Assembly: GCF_006345805.1 (NCBI RefSeq)
Contig: NC_043000.1
Span: forward strand, 121,086,001-121,150,000
DNA: 64,000 nt
Source: Octopus sinensis
Taxonomy: Eukaryota
Direction: 5' to 3'
The notes below the pieces were generated by a model that was not told where the DNA came from, made no database searches, and saw only the letters and a program-made list of their open reading frames with translations. Shown here piece after piece: positions 51,126-63,733 of the stretch (the stretch's first letter is position 1; each line of letters begins with the position of its first letter). Both the position numbers and the translations under genes were made by a program.

Positions 51126-51392
51126 AAAATATTCTCTAGAAGTTTGCTATCAGTATTATTATCTCTAAGTATTTGTTCTAATCGAGTCTCTTTTGCTGAG
51201 GCATTTGTAGATTATATACTTCTCTTAAATGGATTACAGATATATCGATCAGATATCTAGCTGAAATGTTTTGAGTATTTCAAAATTCCCATTTTATTGG
51301 TTTGTGTCACATGATAAAATTTATCTCGTATATTGCGAATCAGTATAATTTTTATTTCGTATGGGTTGGGCTTTTTTTCCTGTCCTACTTTA

Positions 51393-52242
51393 ATATCTCT
51401 TTCGGCATTGTAGGGCGCCGAGCTGGCAAAATCGTTAGCACGCTGGGCGAAATGCATAGCAGTATTTCGTCTGCCGTTACGTTCTGAGTTCAAATTCCGC
51501 CGAGGTCGACATTGCATTTCATCCTTTTGGGGTCGATAACTTAAGTACCAGTTGCGTACTTGGGTCGATCTAATCGACTGGCCCTTTCCCAAAAACTTTC
51601 GGGCCTTGTGCCTAGAGTAGAAAAGAAAAGAATATCTCTTTCGGCAAAGCAGGGCGGCGAGCTGGCAGAATCGTTACCGCGCCTGGCGAAATGCTCAGCA
51701 GTATTTCGTCTACCGATACGTTCTGAGTTCAAATCCCGCCGAGGCCGATTTTGTCTTTCATCTTTTCGGGGTCGATAAATAAGTACCAGTTACAGGTTGG
51801 GATCGATGTAATCGACTTAATCCGTTTATCTGACCTTGTTTGTCCTCTCTGTGTTTAGCCCCTTGAGGGTAGTAAAGAAATAAGTATTTCGTCCACCAAT
51901 ACGTTCAAATTCCGCCGGGTTCGACTTTGCCTTTCATCCTTTCGGGGTCGATAAATAAGTACCAGTTACAGGTTGGGATCGATGTAATCGACTTAATCCG
52001 TTTATCTGTCCTTGTTTATCCTCCCTGTGTTTAGCCCCTTGAGGGTAGTAAAGAAATAAGTATTTCGTCCAACAATACGTTGTGAGTTCAAATTTCGCCG
52101 GGTTCGACTTTGCCTTTCATCCTATCGGGGTCGATTAAATAAGTACCAGTTACGCGCTGGGGTCGATGTAATCGACTAAATTTCTTTGTCTGTCCTTGTT
52201 TGTCCCCTCTATGTTTAACCCTCTGTGCGCAATAAAGAAATA
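51393..52242 (+). mobile_element. SINE family B cluster: beta monomer plus alpha trimer, each preceded by the same 15-bp leader
   Basis: AATATCTCTTTCGGC at 51393 and 51631; units at about 51408-51630, 51646-51882, 51883-52062 and 52063-52242. Confidence 0.9.
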
Positions 52243-52563
52243 TGTGTTTCTGTAATAATTATGTATGCAATTCCTATTCCTTCTTTACTTATACTTCAAA
52301 TATTTATAACAATCAATGTGTCACTAGAGTGTTTTATTGTCTCAAAAACCATGTTTCGCTTCAAACAAAAGGTTTTACCTAGAAAGTTTATTGTCAAATG
52401 TCTCTAAATATTCATTGCTTATATTACGTTTACGACGCAATTTCCGTATCTTAACCAATATTTTTTAAAAGAAAATCTCCCTCAATCACATTTAATATTC
52501 TCTGTGTCTGTTACCATGTCTTTAGTAATACTTACCTTCGTTTATGCCTAGTTATTTTATAAA

Positions 52564-52910
52564 CAACGCCGGGTCATAGTGCTTGTGCATGCATATACAG
52601 CTGCATGCGTGCGCACATACACGCGAGTACTATCCAAATCTCCGACCAATCACATACAGTTAGCTGGCATTGAATTGGCGTATCAAGTTTCGGGCATTTT
52701 GATTGGGTTTTGGATAGAAAATTCACAAAAAAGTCACTTCTATTGATTTTTAAGGGCTTTACGGGTTGACTGGGGAAATATAAAGATGTGCAGGAACACC
52801 CGTAGAAGGTTTTGAATGACCATAGAAAATGCGAGCCCTCTAATTGAAAAATTGTGGATTTGATTTTTAGGACATGCACGCAGACATTTTGCCGTTTATA
52901 TATAGAGAGA
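52564..52910 (-). mobile_element. Second non-autonomous Helitron-like family
   Basis: Minus-strand 5' end A^TCTCTCTATATATAAACGGC; the distal end carries ..GCACTATGACCCGGCGTTG (half of a Helitron-type hairpin). Confidence 0.55.
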
Positions 52911-53586
52911 TTTGTATTGTCGAAACCTATGTTGATTTTCTTCGATTCAATATTGATATTTTAGCTTAAGAACATTTACTCTTTGGCTTCTTTGCATTTC
53001 ATTGTGTTTCATTTTCACCTCGTTTCGTCATTTCTACGTGTTGCATTTATTAAAAGGACATTTTTTATATCTGCTTCTGAAGGAAATACATTCTTCATTT
53101 TCTTCTATAAATATTTTAACGAAAAATAATTACGAACAATGTTTAGTCTTACAAATCAAACAGCGAACGATAAAAATATGCAAAGCTAATTGCTTTCTTC
53201 GGCGTTTCACACAGGCCTTTTATATGACTGTAATTTTCCAATGCTGGGCATTATCTAGCTGCAGAAAATCCAGGTTGTAAATCGTCCAGGTTATAAATCT
53301 CTCAAGTTGTAAATCGAAATAATATCCGTTGGCCCGTATCTTTATTGTTTTGGTTTGGCGTTTTAATAACCAAGAAGAGCAGATCGCTATTCAGTGCGTG
53401 ACATTATTGAATCAGAAGAGCAGGTGTATACTATTTTATAAGATATCCCTTCATTGATCGCATTAACTTCCTCAGAAGGCCTCCTTTTACAGCAATATTT
53501 TCAATAGTGTTTCATTCTTATTATGGTAGTCATTGTTTACAGATTCTGTTTAATTCTACGCAATCTCTTCTCTATAATTCTTGTGA

Positions 53587-54005
53587 GGGATCTTTTCGGT
53601 TTGAACAGCAGTTTTTCTAGCGGTGTCATATGAAATTGTCACCCAGAATTATGACCCTAATATCGACCTATTGCATTTCAATCTGTTTTAGGGTTAGGGT
53701 TACAGTTAGGGTTAGAGATGGGGGAAGGGTATATTTTTTCTTCACAAATGTAAATAAACCCAATCTGTTTCTTAAACGAGAGACATTTTCATACGGCACA
53801 GAATGTTTTCACTTCAATAGACGTCATTGATTGGTTGAAATTGAAGAAAAAACAACAAAAATATCTTGCAAACTATAGAAGTTTCTCAATAAAGCCAAGA
53901 GAAAAAGATGTTTTATAAACATATTCTACCAGTATACGAAGTTTAAAAGTGTTTAGTTACGTGGAAATTATTTTTAAAAACTGCCGTTCAAACCGAAAAG
54001 ATCCC
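53587..54005. mobile_element. TIR MITE with (TTAGGG)-like tract, copy 2
   Basis: Near-perfect TIR GGGATCTTTTCGGTTTGAAC(A/G)GCAGTTTTT; reverse complement of 42125-42550. Confidence 0.9.
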
Positions 54006-54107
54006 TTCTGAGTTTTTAATGTGTATTGCTCTTTATAAAACAATCATTGCTACAATTTTATATATAATTACCATAAATATATTACGAGGCTCCTCTTATT
54101 TCTTCTA

Positions 54108-54508
54108 TTACTCTTTTACTCTTTTACTTGTTTCAGTCACTTGACTGCGGCCATGCTGGAGCATCGCCTTTAGTCGAGCAAATCGACCCCCGGACTTATT
54201 CTTTGTAAGCCTAGTAATTATTCTATCGGTCCTTTTTGCCGAACCGCTAAGTGACGTGGACATAAACACACCAGCATCGGTTGTCAAGCGATGTTGGGGA
54301 GACAAACTCAGAGACACAAACATATACACTCATATACATATATACGACGGGCTTCTTTCAGTTTCCGTCTACCAAATCCACTCACAAGGCTTTGGTCGGC
54401 CCGGGGCTATAGTAGAAGACGCTTGTCCAACATGCCACGCAGTGGGTCTGAATCCGGAACCGTGTGGTTGGTAAGCAAGCTACTTACCACACAGCCACTC
54501 CTACGCCT
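54108..54508 (-). mobile_element. SINE family A, full length
   Basis: Reverse complement colinear with 19227-19612. Confidence 0.92.
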
Positions 54509-55602
54509 ATTGTTCATACTATGATTATGCCTCAAACACATACATTACCTCTTGGTGCCACCAACGCTACAAAAATTGTTAATGGTCGCGCAAATAACAA
54601 TAATCACATATAATGATGTTACTGATATTCTTTGTCAGGGTTGCTGTTATTAACTTTCCTTTCGCTCAAATAATTCCACGCTTTAAAGACATTTTTATCA
54701 CTCGCTTCTTTGGGATAAGATCTCTTTACTTGCCAATATATCTCCAGTATATCAGACTCTTACTCCTCAAATTGCTTTTCAGCTTTTTCCTGTGCAATAC
54801 ATATTCGATTAAAATTCAATCTCGGCAGAGATAACGCAACACTTTATTGTTTACGGAATCAATTTTGTCATGGCACCATCAGTATGTAGATGAACATGAA
54901 GACTACACATTTGATTAAGAGTTCAACACACGCAGAAAATAATAAAAGGAATCGGACAGTCGTTACTTTTCTTTACAGAAATGACTCACATCTTCGTAGG
55001 TCTCAGCTTACAGCATCAACCTGAAAGTCTCGATTATATAAAATCCAGTTATATTTGAATAAATCGGAATGATGAAAGAAGCAGAGAGAAACTTTATAAT
55101 GAAAATGAAGCGCTGCTCTCGGTTTGATATCGACGGTTTCAAAACGGAAACCAGTGAAAAAAAAATGGTGATATTAGCTACGTTTTATGATGATGTTGAT
55201 ATCGTTTGAATCGTCAGAGCGTCAAATAGAAAGTCACACCATATTTCTTTACTCTATTTAATCTACCTCTATTTTTGTGACGTTGGGGGAGTAAAATTGT
55301 ATGTATTTAATGTAATAGGTGGGTGAACTCTAAGAACTCCAGACCGCATATCTTGCGGTAATTGTTCCAGATTTTTGCTTCCTGTCTTTCCCATCAAAGT
55401 CTACAATACAGTAGATTTAACGTATTTGTTTGTTTTAATACACTCATTTCTTGCGTCGTATGTTTTACAGTAGAGCCGAACCGACTCAGTTTGTAGACAT
55501 TCAGGCCACGTCTCCAGGTTGAACATAACTACGTCCTTCCCTCGCACCAATCTCGGGGGAATCTATAATAAATCTATGGTATTCCATTCTACCCTGTTTA
55601 TT

Positions 55603-55990
55603 AGGAGTGGCTGTGTGTTAAGTAGCTTGCTTACCAACCACATGGTTCCGGGTTCATTCCCACTGCGTGGCACCTTGGGCAAGTGTCTTCTACTATAGCC
55701 TCAGGCCGACCAAAGCCTTGTGAGTGGATTTGTTAGACGGAAACTGAAAGAAGCTCGTCATATATATGTATGTGTGTGTGCTTATGTGTTTGTTTGTCCC
55801 CCCCAATATCGCTTGACAACCGATGCTGGTGTGTTTACGTCCCCGTTACCTAGTGGTTCGGCAAAAGAGAACGATAGCATAAGTAGTAGGCTTCCAAAGA
55901 ATAAGTCCTTGGGGTCGATTTGCTCGAATAGAGGCGGTGCTCCAGCATGGCCATAGTCAAATGACTGAAACAAGTAAAAGAGTAAAAAAG
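55603..55990 (+). mobile_element. SINE family A, full length
   Basis: AGGAGTGGCTGTGTG head through GAAACAAGTAAAAGAG tail. Confidence 0.92.
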
Positions 55991-56540
55991 AGATAGAAAC
56001 TATGGTTTTGACAGTCAAAGTAGGGATATTGGAAGGCAATATAACAGTTTTGTTCATGAAGACATTATTCCCCATACTGGCGATCACCATTGCTTCGCCA
56101 TGAACATTTTTTAGAGGCGATATAGGATTGGTGGCATAGTACAAAAAGTGTGTAATTAGTGTGCAGTAAGATTTAACAGGGTACTGTGTAAATACATCTA
56201 ATTTATATATTAGAAGTTTCTAGTGTACCATGTATGGTATGTTCACGCTCCTGTTATTAATATTAGTTTTGATATTGTTGCTATTGCTAATATTATATTT
56301 CCTGTAATATTAATGCATTATTAATGCAAGGTATATTTATGAAATACAGCAAGATCTAGGACCCAATATTGTTATACTGCAGGCAAAACTTAAATTACAT
56401 CTCACACTGAAAGTAACACTGTTTTTCGCTCTTATCCAACACCAACACCATTACAATTTTATACCCATCACCATTATCACTTCTATAACCTTCATTATCA
56501 CTATTATTGATACCCTTATTGTGTCCATTATTAGTAAAGT

Positions 56541-56953
56541 AGAGCGGCGAGATGGCAGGATCGTTACCGCGCCTAGCGAAATGCTTAGCAGTATTTCCTC
56601 TGCCGCTACGTTCTGAGTTCAAATTCCGCCGAGGTTGACTTTGCCTTGCATCCTTTCGGGGTCGATAAATTAAATACCAGTTACGCACTGGGGTCGATTT
56701 AATCGACTTAATCTCTTTGTCCTTGCTTGTCCCCTCTATGTTTAGCCCCTTGTGGACAATAAAGAAATAAGTATTTCGTCTGCCGTTACGTTCTGATTTC
56801 AAATACGCCGAGGTCGACATTGCATTTTATTCTTTCGGGGTTGATAACTTAAGTACCAGTTTCGTAGATCTAATCAACCGGCCCCTTCCCCAAAATTTTC
56901 GGGCCTTGTGCCTGGAGTAGAAAATAAAAGAATATCTCTTTCGGCTAAGTAGG
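56541..56953 (+). mobile_element. SINE family B dimer (alpha-beta) plus downstream leader
   Basis: Shares diagnostic variants and the AATATCTCTTTCGGC leader (56931-45) with 51393-52242. Confidence 0.88.
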
Positions 56954-57085
56954 GCCTTCGCTAAGGCGGAGATATTGTTTCAGTCGTGTTTGTTTGTTTG
57001 TCCGTGGACAAGATATCTCAAGAACCGCTGGATGGATTCGGTACTGGAATCGATCTAGTACCAGAGAAGGATTTTGGATTATTTG
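56954..57085 (+). mobile_element. HINE-like element, 5' part with internal deletion
   Basis: GCCTTCGCTAAGGCGGAG, (GTTT)n, GTGGACAAGATATCTCAAGAACCGCT as at 19940-20030. Confidence 0.75.
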
Positions 57086-57472
57086 TTATATTTTCTTTAA
57101 TTTACATGATTATGTTCTCACATTGATGTTCAAATCTTTCTCAATATTCTCGCTTTAGGTTGTTTCAAATGTTTTATTTTCGTTTCTCTATTATTAATTT
57201 TACTCGCGTCTCTCTCATAGTAGAAACTGATGGATAAAGAAATCAAACTACATAAACAAACAGTAGCAAAACCGTTCAGAAATTGAATAAGGCTAACATA
57301 TCTTTATTTTATATATATATATATATATAATACATATTAGCGCTTTACAGTATACTTACATATATACATACATCAATACATCAATTTAAAGGAAGGCCAG
57401 AATTTAGGGGAAGAGAACGCCTAAAGATCTCATACTATTCATTTAAAAATTCTTGAGTAGAACTTATTATTA

Positions 57473-58229
57473 TTACCTCCGCCTTTGAAACTCTTTCGAA
57501 TAGTGAATTTTTACTGTGGCTTGAATTGAATACAGATAAACTATTTATTATTGTTACTAAATATTCTACCACCACTTTCACATTCCGTAACTACCATTGG
57601 GATCGATCAGGTACCGGAAAGGATTCTGGAATATTTTTATGCTTTTTACTTTACTTAATTTATGAGAACGGTGGGGCTCATTTTTAGTATTCTCGTTTGT
57701 GAGAGAAGTCGAGTTTATTTCAGATATTCTCATTTCAAAATTTATCTCGGGATAATTGTTTGTTTCTACTCTAGGCACGAGACCCGAAATTTTGAGGGAG
57801 GTGTGGCAGTTGATTAGGTCGACCCCAGTACGCAACTGGAACTCAATTTATCGACCCCGAAAGGATGAAGTGCAAATTTGACCTCGGCGGAATTTTAACT
57901 CAGAACATAAAGATAGATGAAATACCTATTTCTTTACTACCCACAAGGAGCTGAACACAGAAAGGACAAACAAGGACAGACAAACGGATTAAGTCGATTA
58001 TATCGATCCCAGTGCGTAACTGGTACTTATTTAATCGACCCTGAAAGGATGAAAGGCAAATTTGACCTGGGCGGAATGTGAACTCCTAATGTAGCGGCAG
58101 ACGAAATACTGCTAAGCATTTCACCCGGCGTGCTAGCGTTTCTGCCAGCTCGACGCCTTATTTCTGGATAATTTTTGAGAGGACGTTGGTGTTGTCTTGG
58201 CGGAGGTGTGCGCTCTCTGAGAGCTCTTG
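57473..58229 (+). mobile_element. HINE-like element interrupted by a SINE B dimer
   Basis: TTACCTCCGCC 5' end; body 57590-57757 resumes at 58166; 3' GGCGGAGGT plus GCTCTC-T-GAGAGC hairpin. Confidence 0.75.
57758..58165 (-). mobile_element. SINE family B dimer (alpha-beta), nested
   Basis: 8-bp TSD GGATAATT at 57750-57757 and 58166-58173. Confidence 0.9.
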
Positions 58230-58299
58230 TTATTGTAATTATTATTACTATTATTATTATCATTATTATTATTGAATGAAAAAGCAGCACATACCTTGA

Positions 58300-58810
58300 A
58301 AATGACACTGGGGTACAGAAATTCGAAGCCCAATATACACATCGTGACTACCCGTCTGATAAGATTACACCAGGCATATGCATCGCAAGTATATGTGCGT
58401 GACATGGTGATCTCATATCAACATTAACAGCGCATGACCTTCCAGATGGTTCCCATTTAGAATTTTTTTCAGGCCTAGTAGCCCATCCCTGAATAAGGAT
58501 TATTGCAGGATGATGAACTAAATATCTATATTTTCAGAGGGGAATTATTCAAGCCCCAAGGATCCCTCTCAACTCATGACTGTAATGCTCTTCCATTATT
58601 CTTGCTCCTGATGAGAGATATACATATAGTCAGCCACTAATGGACTTGCTTAATAGATTAAGATCAAGCAACTGACAGCTTAATCTGTGGTATTGAGCAG
58701 AATATTTGCTATACTCCATATTTTACACCAAGACAAAACATCTACGGATAACACTTCCAATCAGTTAAGATCAGTATCTATGAGAGCCAGGGCCATGTAT
58801 TGCATCTGAA
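58300..58810 (+). mobile_element. Interspersed repeat family D (more complete copy)
   Basis: Colinear with 29775-30070 over about 290 bp and extends further on both sides. Confidence 0.72.
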
Positions 58811-58867
58811 TATAAAACATTCATGCGCACCAACAATAATGATAATAATAATAATAATAATAAATGT

Positions 58868-59560
58868 TCGTTCCATTTTCTTCTTACTTCAAATCCTCAT
58901 TGCCGTATTATGTCCCAATATAGTGACTTGGATATACAGTGGTGTCTGCGTTTATTCTCTTTCTGCGCCAAAGGACAACAGGAACTTGTGTGCATAATGC
59001 ATTCCTCTTTCTCATTACATACTCGACTCTTTGTAATTTTCCCCGGTTTTTGTCTATTTCAGCCTTAATGATACTTATCCGCAATTATTGGCTTTGAACA
59101 GCCATTACGAGTCCTTCCGTTTCTTTCTTAAGATCTACAATCTTCAGCCATGAACAAAATTCCTCTGCTGCGTCGTCCTAAATGTGTATGATATGCTGAC
59201 AGTGTAAGTCTTTTTCCCCAGATGCTTCTTCCTCGTTCTGGTTTTATTCTTTTCTTGTCTTACATTGCTGTCTTAGCAAATTCCTCAACCTCCTCTTCTT
59301 CGTATTATCATTATTCAATTTTAGGTCTCAGAGCTCTCGATGTTACTTGCTCGGTTAGTTCCGTGAGAGCAGAAAACATCCTGTTGTCAAAGATCACACA
59401 GAGTCTCTCAGGATCCCTTTCCACGAATTATAAGACTTGATACTTAGATGTTAAGTATCGTGGAAGACACTTAATACCTATAACAATCTCAAAATACTCT
59501 CTGTCCCCAACAGAGCCCATTTTTTGAGCAACTTCTACCTTCATGTCAATTCCAGTTTTA
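58868..59560 (-). mobile_element. R4/Dong-clade LINE remnant
   Basis: DPERLCV.., WLKIVDLKKETEGLVMAVQ..IIKAEIDK, HTSSCCPLAQKENKRRHH..SLYW..KW. Flanked by (AAT)n 58830-58862 and (TTA)-rich 59620-59780. Confidence 0.8.
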
Positions 59561-60919
59561 CTGATTTATTTCTCAAGCTCGATTGTTAGCGCTCCGACCG
59601 CCGCTACAACTACTAGGATGGCAGTTATTTTATTATTATTAATATTATTATTATTATTGATCCTGAATGCCCCTACAAATATAACCACCACCAATACCAT
59701 TATTTCTACCACCATTATCATTATCAGAAACATCATTTGTTTCCGTAGCGGTAACATCATCATCAGTCTCATCATTATATTTCATATTTACTCTTTAAAA
59801 TATATTCAATATAATCTAAAAATTCTAAATGAACATTTTAAATTTAAAACAAAAAACAGCCACAAAATAAAAAATAAATTTTAAATATGAATATTATTAT
59901 ATAAAATACGTTAAATATAAATATTTAAAAAATCCAGTCTTAATTATGATAAATCATCTCTGAAAGCTCTCAACGAAATCTCTCGAAAAGCCAGTGATAA
60001 TTTTTGTATGAGATTCGTGACAATCAATTTTGTGTACCATAGTTTCCTTTCCAATAACTCAATAATATCAATCTTGCTTTTAAATCGATCCAATAATTTT
60101 TCTATCGAACAAAAAGGAGACTCAGACGGTTTATTATTTCTTGTTCACCATTAAAATTGAATATTTTTATTGACAGCTCAATCAATCAATCATTCATTGC
60201 ACGGTTGAACATATATTTAACCTTCCTCTCCGATTAGGAAAATTTCGTGAGTACGTTTATGTTGTGCATGAATACGAGATTCGATTAACTAGTCACAAAG
60301 GCGCCTGCATATAGCAAAGGAAAAACATACGAAATAAGACATTATAATAAATATGCCATTCCCAATAGCATTAAGTCGAGCAAGTCAAATGGAATGTTTT
60401 TGTTGAAAAGATGAAAGAGCCTAGCAAATTCTTTTACGAATCTATTTCTTCTTGTGATCACTTGTACTATTATATTTGCGTGAGTTAAACTTAAATAGAA
60501 ATACAATACCACCATTTCAGAATATTGGTTTATTCGGCTAAGTCGACCTAGTTACGGGTAATGCATTTATCAGACACGGAGTGATAAAATGAAAATTGAT
60601 ATTTGACTAGTCAAAATAAAAAATCAGATATTTGACTAGTCGAGAATTGAACGCAGAATGTAAAATAAGCGACAAGACTACTGAATAGAATTTAACTTGG
60701 TTCTCTAATTTATATTTTAGTCCATTGTTGGATAATCTATTAGACATTGCTTCCATAACTGCTTGGAAGCACAAATGGTTTAGTGATTTGAATTCCTAGC
60801 GAGAATTTCGCCACCAAGCATGTAACTGATAAGCTAAATCATCGACCCCGAGTTGATCAATTGTTTCCCATGAAGTTACGTTGCAGCACGACATTCTAAG
60901 TAAATACTCTTCAACAAAT

Positions 60920-61518
60920 CTTTTCTATTCTCGGCGCAAGGGGAGGGGGGTCAGTCAATTAGATCGACCCCAGTACGCAAGTGGTATTTAATTTATCGAC
61001 CCCGAAGGGATGAAAGGCAAAATCAACTTCGGCGGAATTTGAATTCAGAACGTAAAGACACGAAATGCCACTAAGCATTTCGCCCGGCGTGCTAACGTTT
61101 CTTATTTCTTTATTACCACAGGGGTTAAACATAGAGGGGACAAACAAGGATAGACAAAGGGATTAAGTCGATTACATCGACCCCAGTGCGTAACTGGCAC
61201 TTAATTTATCGATCCCGAAAGGATGAAATGCAAAGTCAATCTCGGCGGAATTTGAACTCTGAAGTTAAAGGCGCGAAATATATATTTCATTACTACCCAC
61301 AAGGGGCTAAACACAGAGGGGACAAACAAGGACAGACAAACGGATTAAGTCGTTTACATCGACCCAGTGCGTAACTGATACTTAATTTATCGACCCCGAA
61401 AGGATGAAAGGCAAAGTCGACCTCGGCGGAATTTGAACTCAGAACGTATCGACAGACGAAATACTGCTGAGTATTTCGCCCGGCGTGCTAACGTTTCTGC
61501 CAGCTCGCTGTCTTATAA
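60920..61518 (-). mobile_element. SINE family B trimer (alpha-alpha-beta)
   Basis: 12-bp TSD TCTTCAACAAAT at 60908-60919 and 61519-61530. Confidence 0.92.
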
Positions 61519-61828
61519 TCTTCAACAAATTGTGGCGGTATTGGTGGGGTGTATGTCTAAATATACTCGCCTCTCTATATCAGCAGTCTAAATTCCGTTC
61601 ACGCTTGCAAATCCTGAAAGGTACCATCTGGATGGTAAGTCATCCCTGCATTCAACGCACAACCTGCAAGTACCCCATCTCACGAAATACATCTGGTTCT
61701 CGTGATCAGTTACTGCAATACCTTCCATCAATCCACGAGAAATATTTCCTAAAGTAAGACTCTTCGTTCGCTGCCATTCTGATACAAATATAACCCTCAG
61801 ATGTTTCTGGTATCCCTTGTTAGTCGAC

Positions 61829-62060
61829 AGGCGGCGAGCTGGCAGAAACGTTAGCACGCCGGGCGAAATGCTTAGCCGTATTTCGTTTGCCGTTACGTTC
61901 TAACTTCAAATTCCGCCGAGATCTACATGGCCTTTCACCTTTTCGCAGTCGATAAATTAAGTACCAGTTACTCACTAGGATTGATATGATCAACTTAATC
62001 CGTTTGTCTGTCCTTGTTTGTTCCCTCTGTGTTTAGCCCCTTGTGGGTAGCAAAGAAATA
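61829..62060 (+). mobile_element. SINE family B monomer (alpha)
   Basis: AGGCGGCGAGCTGGCAGAAACGTTAGCACGCCGGGCG head through AAAGAAATA. Confidence 0.9.
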
Positions 62061-62883
62061 GCCGAGCATATGGGAGCAACATGCAATAAAATGCTTAAGT
62101 TCACACCGAGGAAGACGAGAAAATCGAACGCGCAACTTTACGCTCGTGAAACCAACACCCAAATCTTTCCACCGTCTACGTATATACATGCCTGTCTGTG
62201 TGTATGGTTATGGGTTGGTGTTTGTATATGTGAATACACGATTAAGAATGTGTGTGATGTATAACGTATCAGCCAAATAAAGCAAAACTGAATCTTGGCT
62301 GGTTTACTAATCGAGAGTTTGTTTGATATTTCAATATGCGAATATTGTATCACCTTACGTCTGCTATGCTAACGGGAAAGCAGTGAGCTAAGATTACGAC
62401 TGCAATTCTGCAATATTAATTATTGAATACAGAACATGAAAATTAAATCATATATTCATAGAGCTTGTCTCAGCAAATCATTGTGGCTTGCAGAAAAATA
62501 TAATGTAATAATATAGGTGTTGGTTGTATCACACTAAATCGGAATATATGTGATGTTATATATTGCAATGCAGTCGAGGTAAACATATGTGAATTTAATA
62601 ATATTGATCCATCTGGCATTGTTGCTGCTCTAAAAATGGTTGCATTGAAAGCTAATAGAAAAAATATATGAGAAAGAAAAATATTTTTTAGATACAGGAA
62701 GAAGGACACATGTCATTGTTAACGCAGCAGATAAAAAGAAATTGCGGCACCAAAATTTCTAGCCTTCTAGAAACAAAGTTTTGGTCAACGCCGTAGGAAT
62801 ATTTCACTCTTTCCATAGAGAACTTTTTTTTTCTATGACACTGAGTAAATATTATTTTTGCTGTTTTTTCGAGAATTATCATA

Positions 62884-63235
62884 TCTCTATATATATAAAG
62901 CTGAAGTTGTCCGTGTATGGCAGGTTTGGTAGCCTTCAACTAACATTATCCCCTCCGAGGCTCTGCGGCGCAAGTTGACCAAAATTGAAAGTATGATAGA
63001 AGAAGGCTTGCTCTACATTCCTTAGAAGATAAAATTCAAATGGGACCACGTTAACAAAAATTATTTACATCAAATATTTTTTGACTGCTGTGTCGCCATT
63101 GGTCGGTGTATTTCAACCAGAAAAATGTTCACTTAAAGAGAATAACAAGCTACATAATGTAAAAGTTTTACTTTTCAAAAATTCCAATTCTAAAGGGTCG
63201 AAACAAACCCGAGCAACGCCGGGCGACACTGCTAG
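62884..63235 (+). mobile_element. Non-autonomous Helitron, copy 2
   Basis: A^TCTCTATATATATAAAG, hairpin CCCGAGCAACGCCGGG 63208-63223, terminal CTAG^T, no TSD. Confidence 0.87.
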
Positions 63236-63733
63236 TATATGTTTAAATTTACGATCGAATGTTACGTATTTTTGAGATCATAAGGTGTAATTTGGTGGCT
63301 ATTCGGTTGGTATTTTCATCATGTTATATGATTTTATAGAGGTTCCACTTGAAATATTGAAAATAAGATCAGTTAATATTTTTGAAATTAACTTGAGTTT
63401 CAAATTTAATGTACTTGTGATCCAACAGTGTTTCATTTCAATGCCATGTTATGAAGAAAATACCTATAGATTTTGCTGCCAATTTTGTAATACAAACATT
63501 GTAAATATTCCGGCTACAAAATATGTGTGCAGAGAAAGAAGCAAAGATTGTTCGTGTATTTCCATACTTGATAAAATCATCAACAACTGCATGTCTTCGT
63601 GTGTCGACGGAAAGACTAATTTTCACATATAACACTCTTCTAAGCAGCTAGACTGAATTTTTGATTATAGGTGTATACAGAAATATATGTGTGTATATAT
63701 ACATGTGCGTATATATATATATATATATATAGC

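Noticed and set aside
58600-58650. CTGATGA in repeat family D
   Set aside because: No downstream GAAA or stems, and the sister copy at about 29935 lacks the motif.
61530-61825. ORF 61588-61857 as an old PLE fragment (KGYQKHL..., GTCRLCVEC)
   Set aside because: Motif spacing is unconvincing and there is no clear GIY-YIG match.
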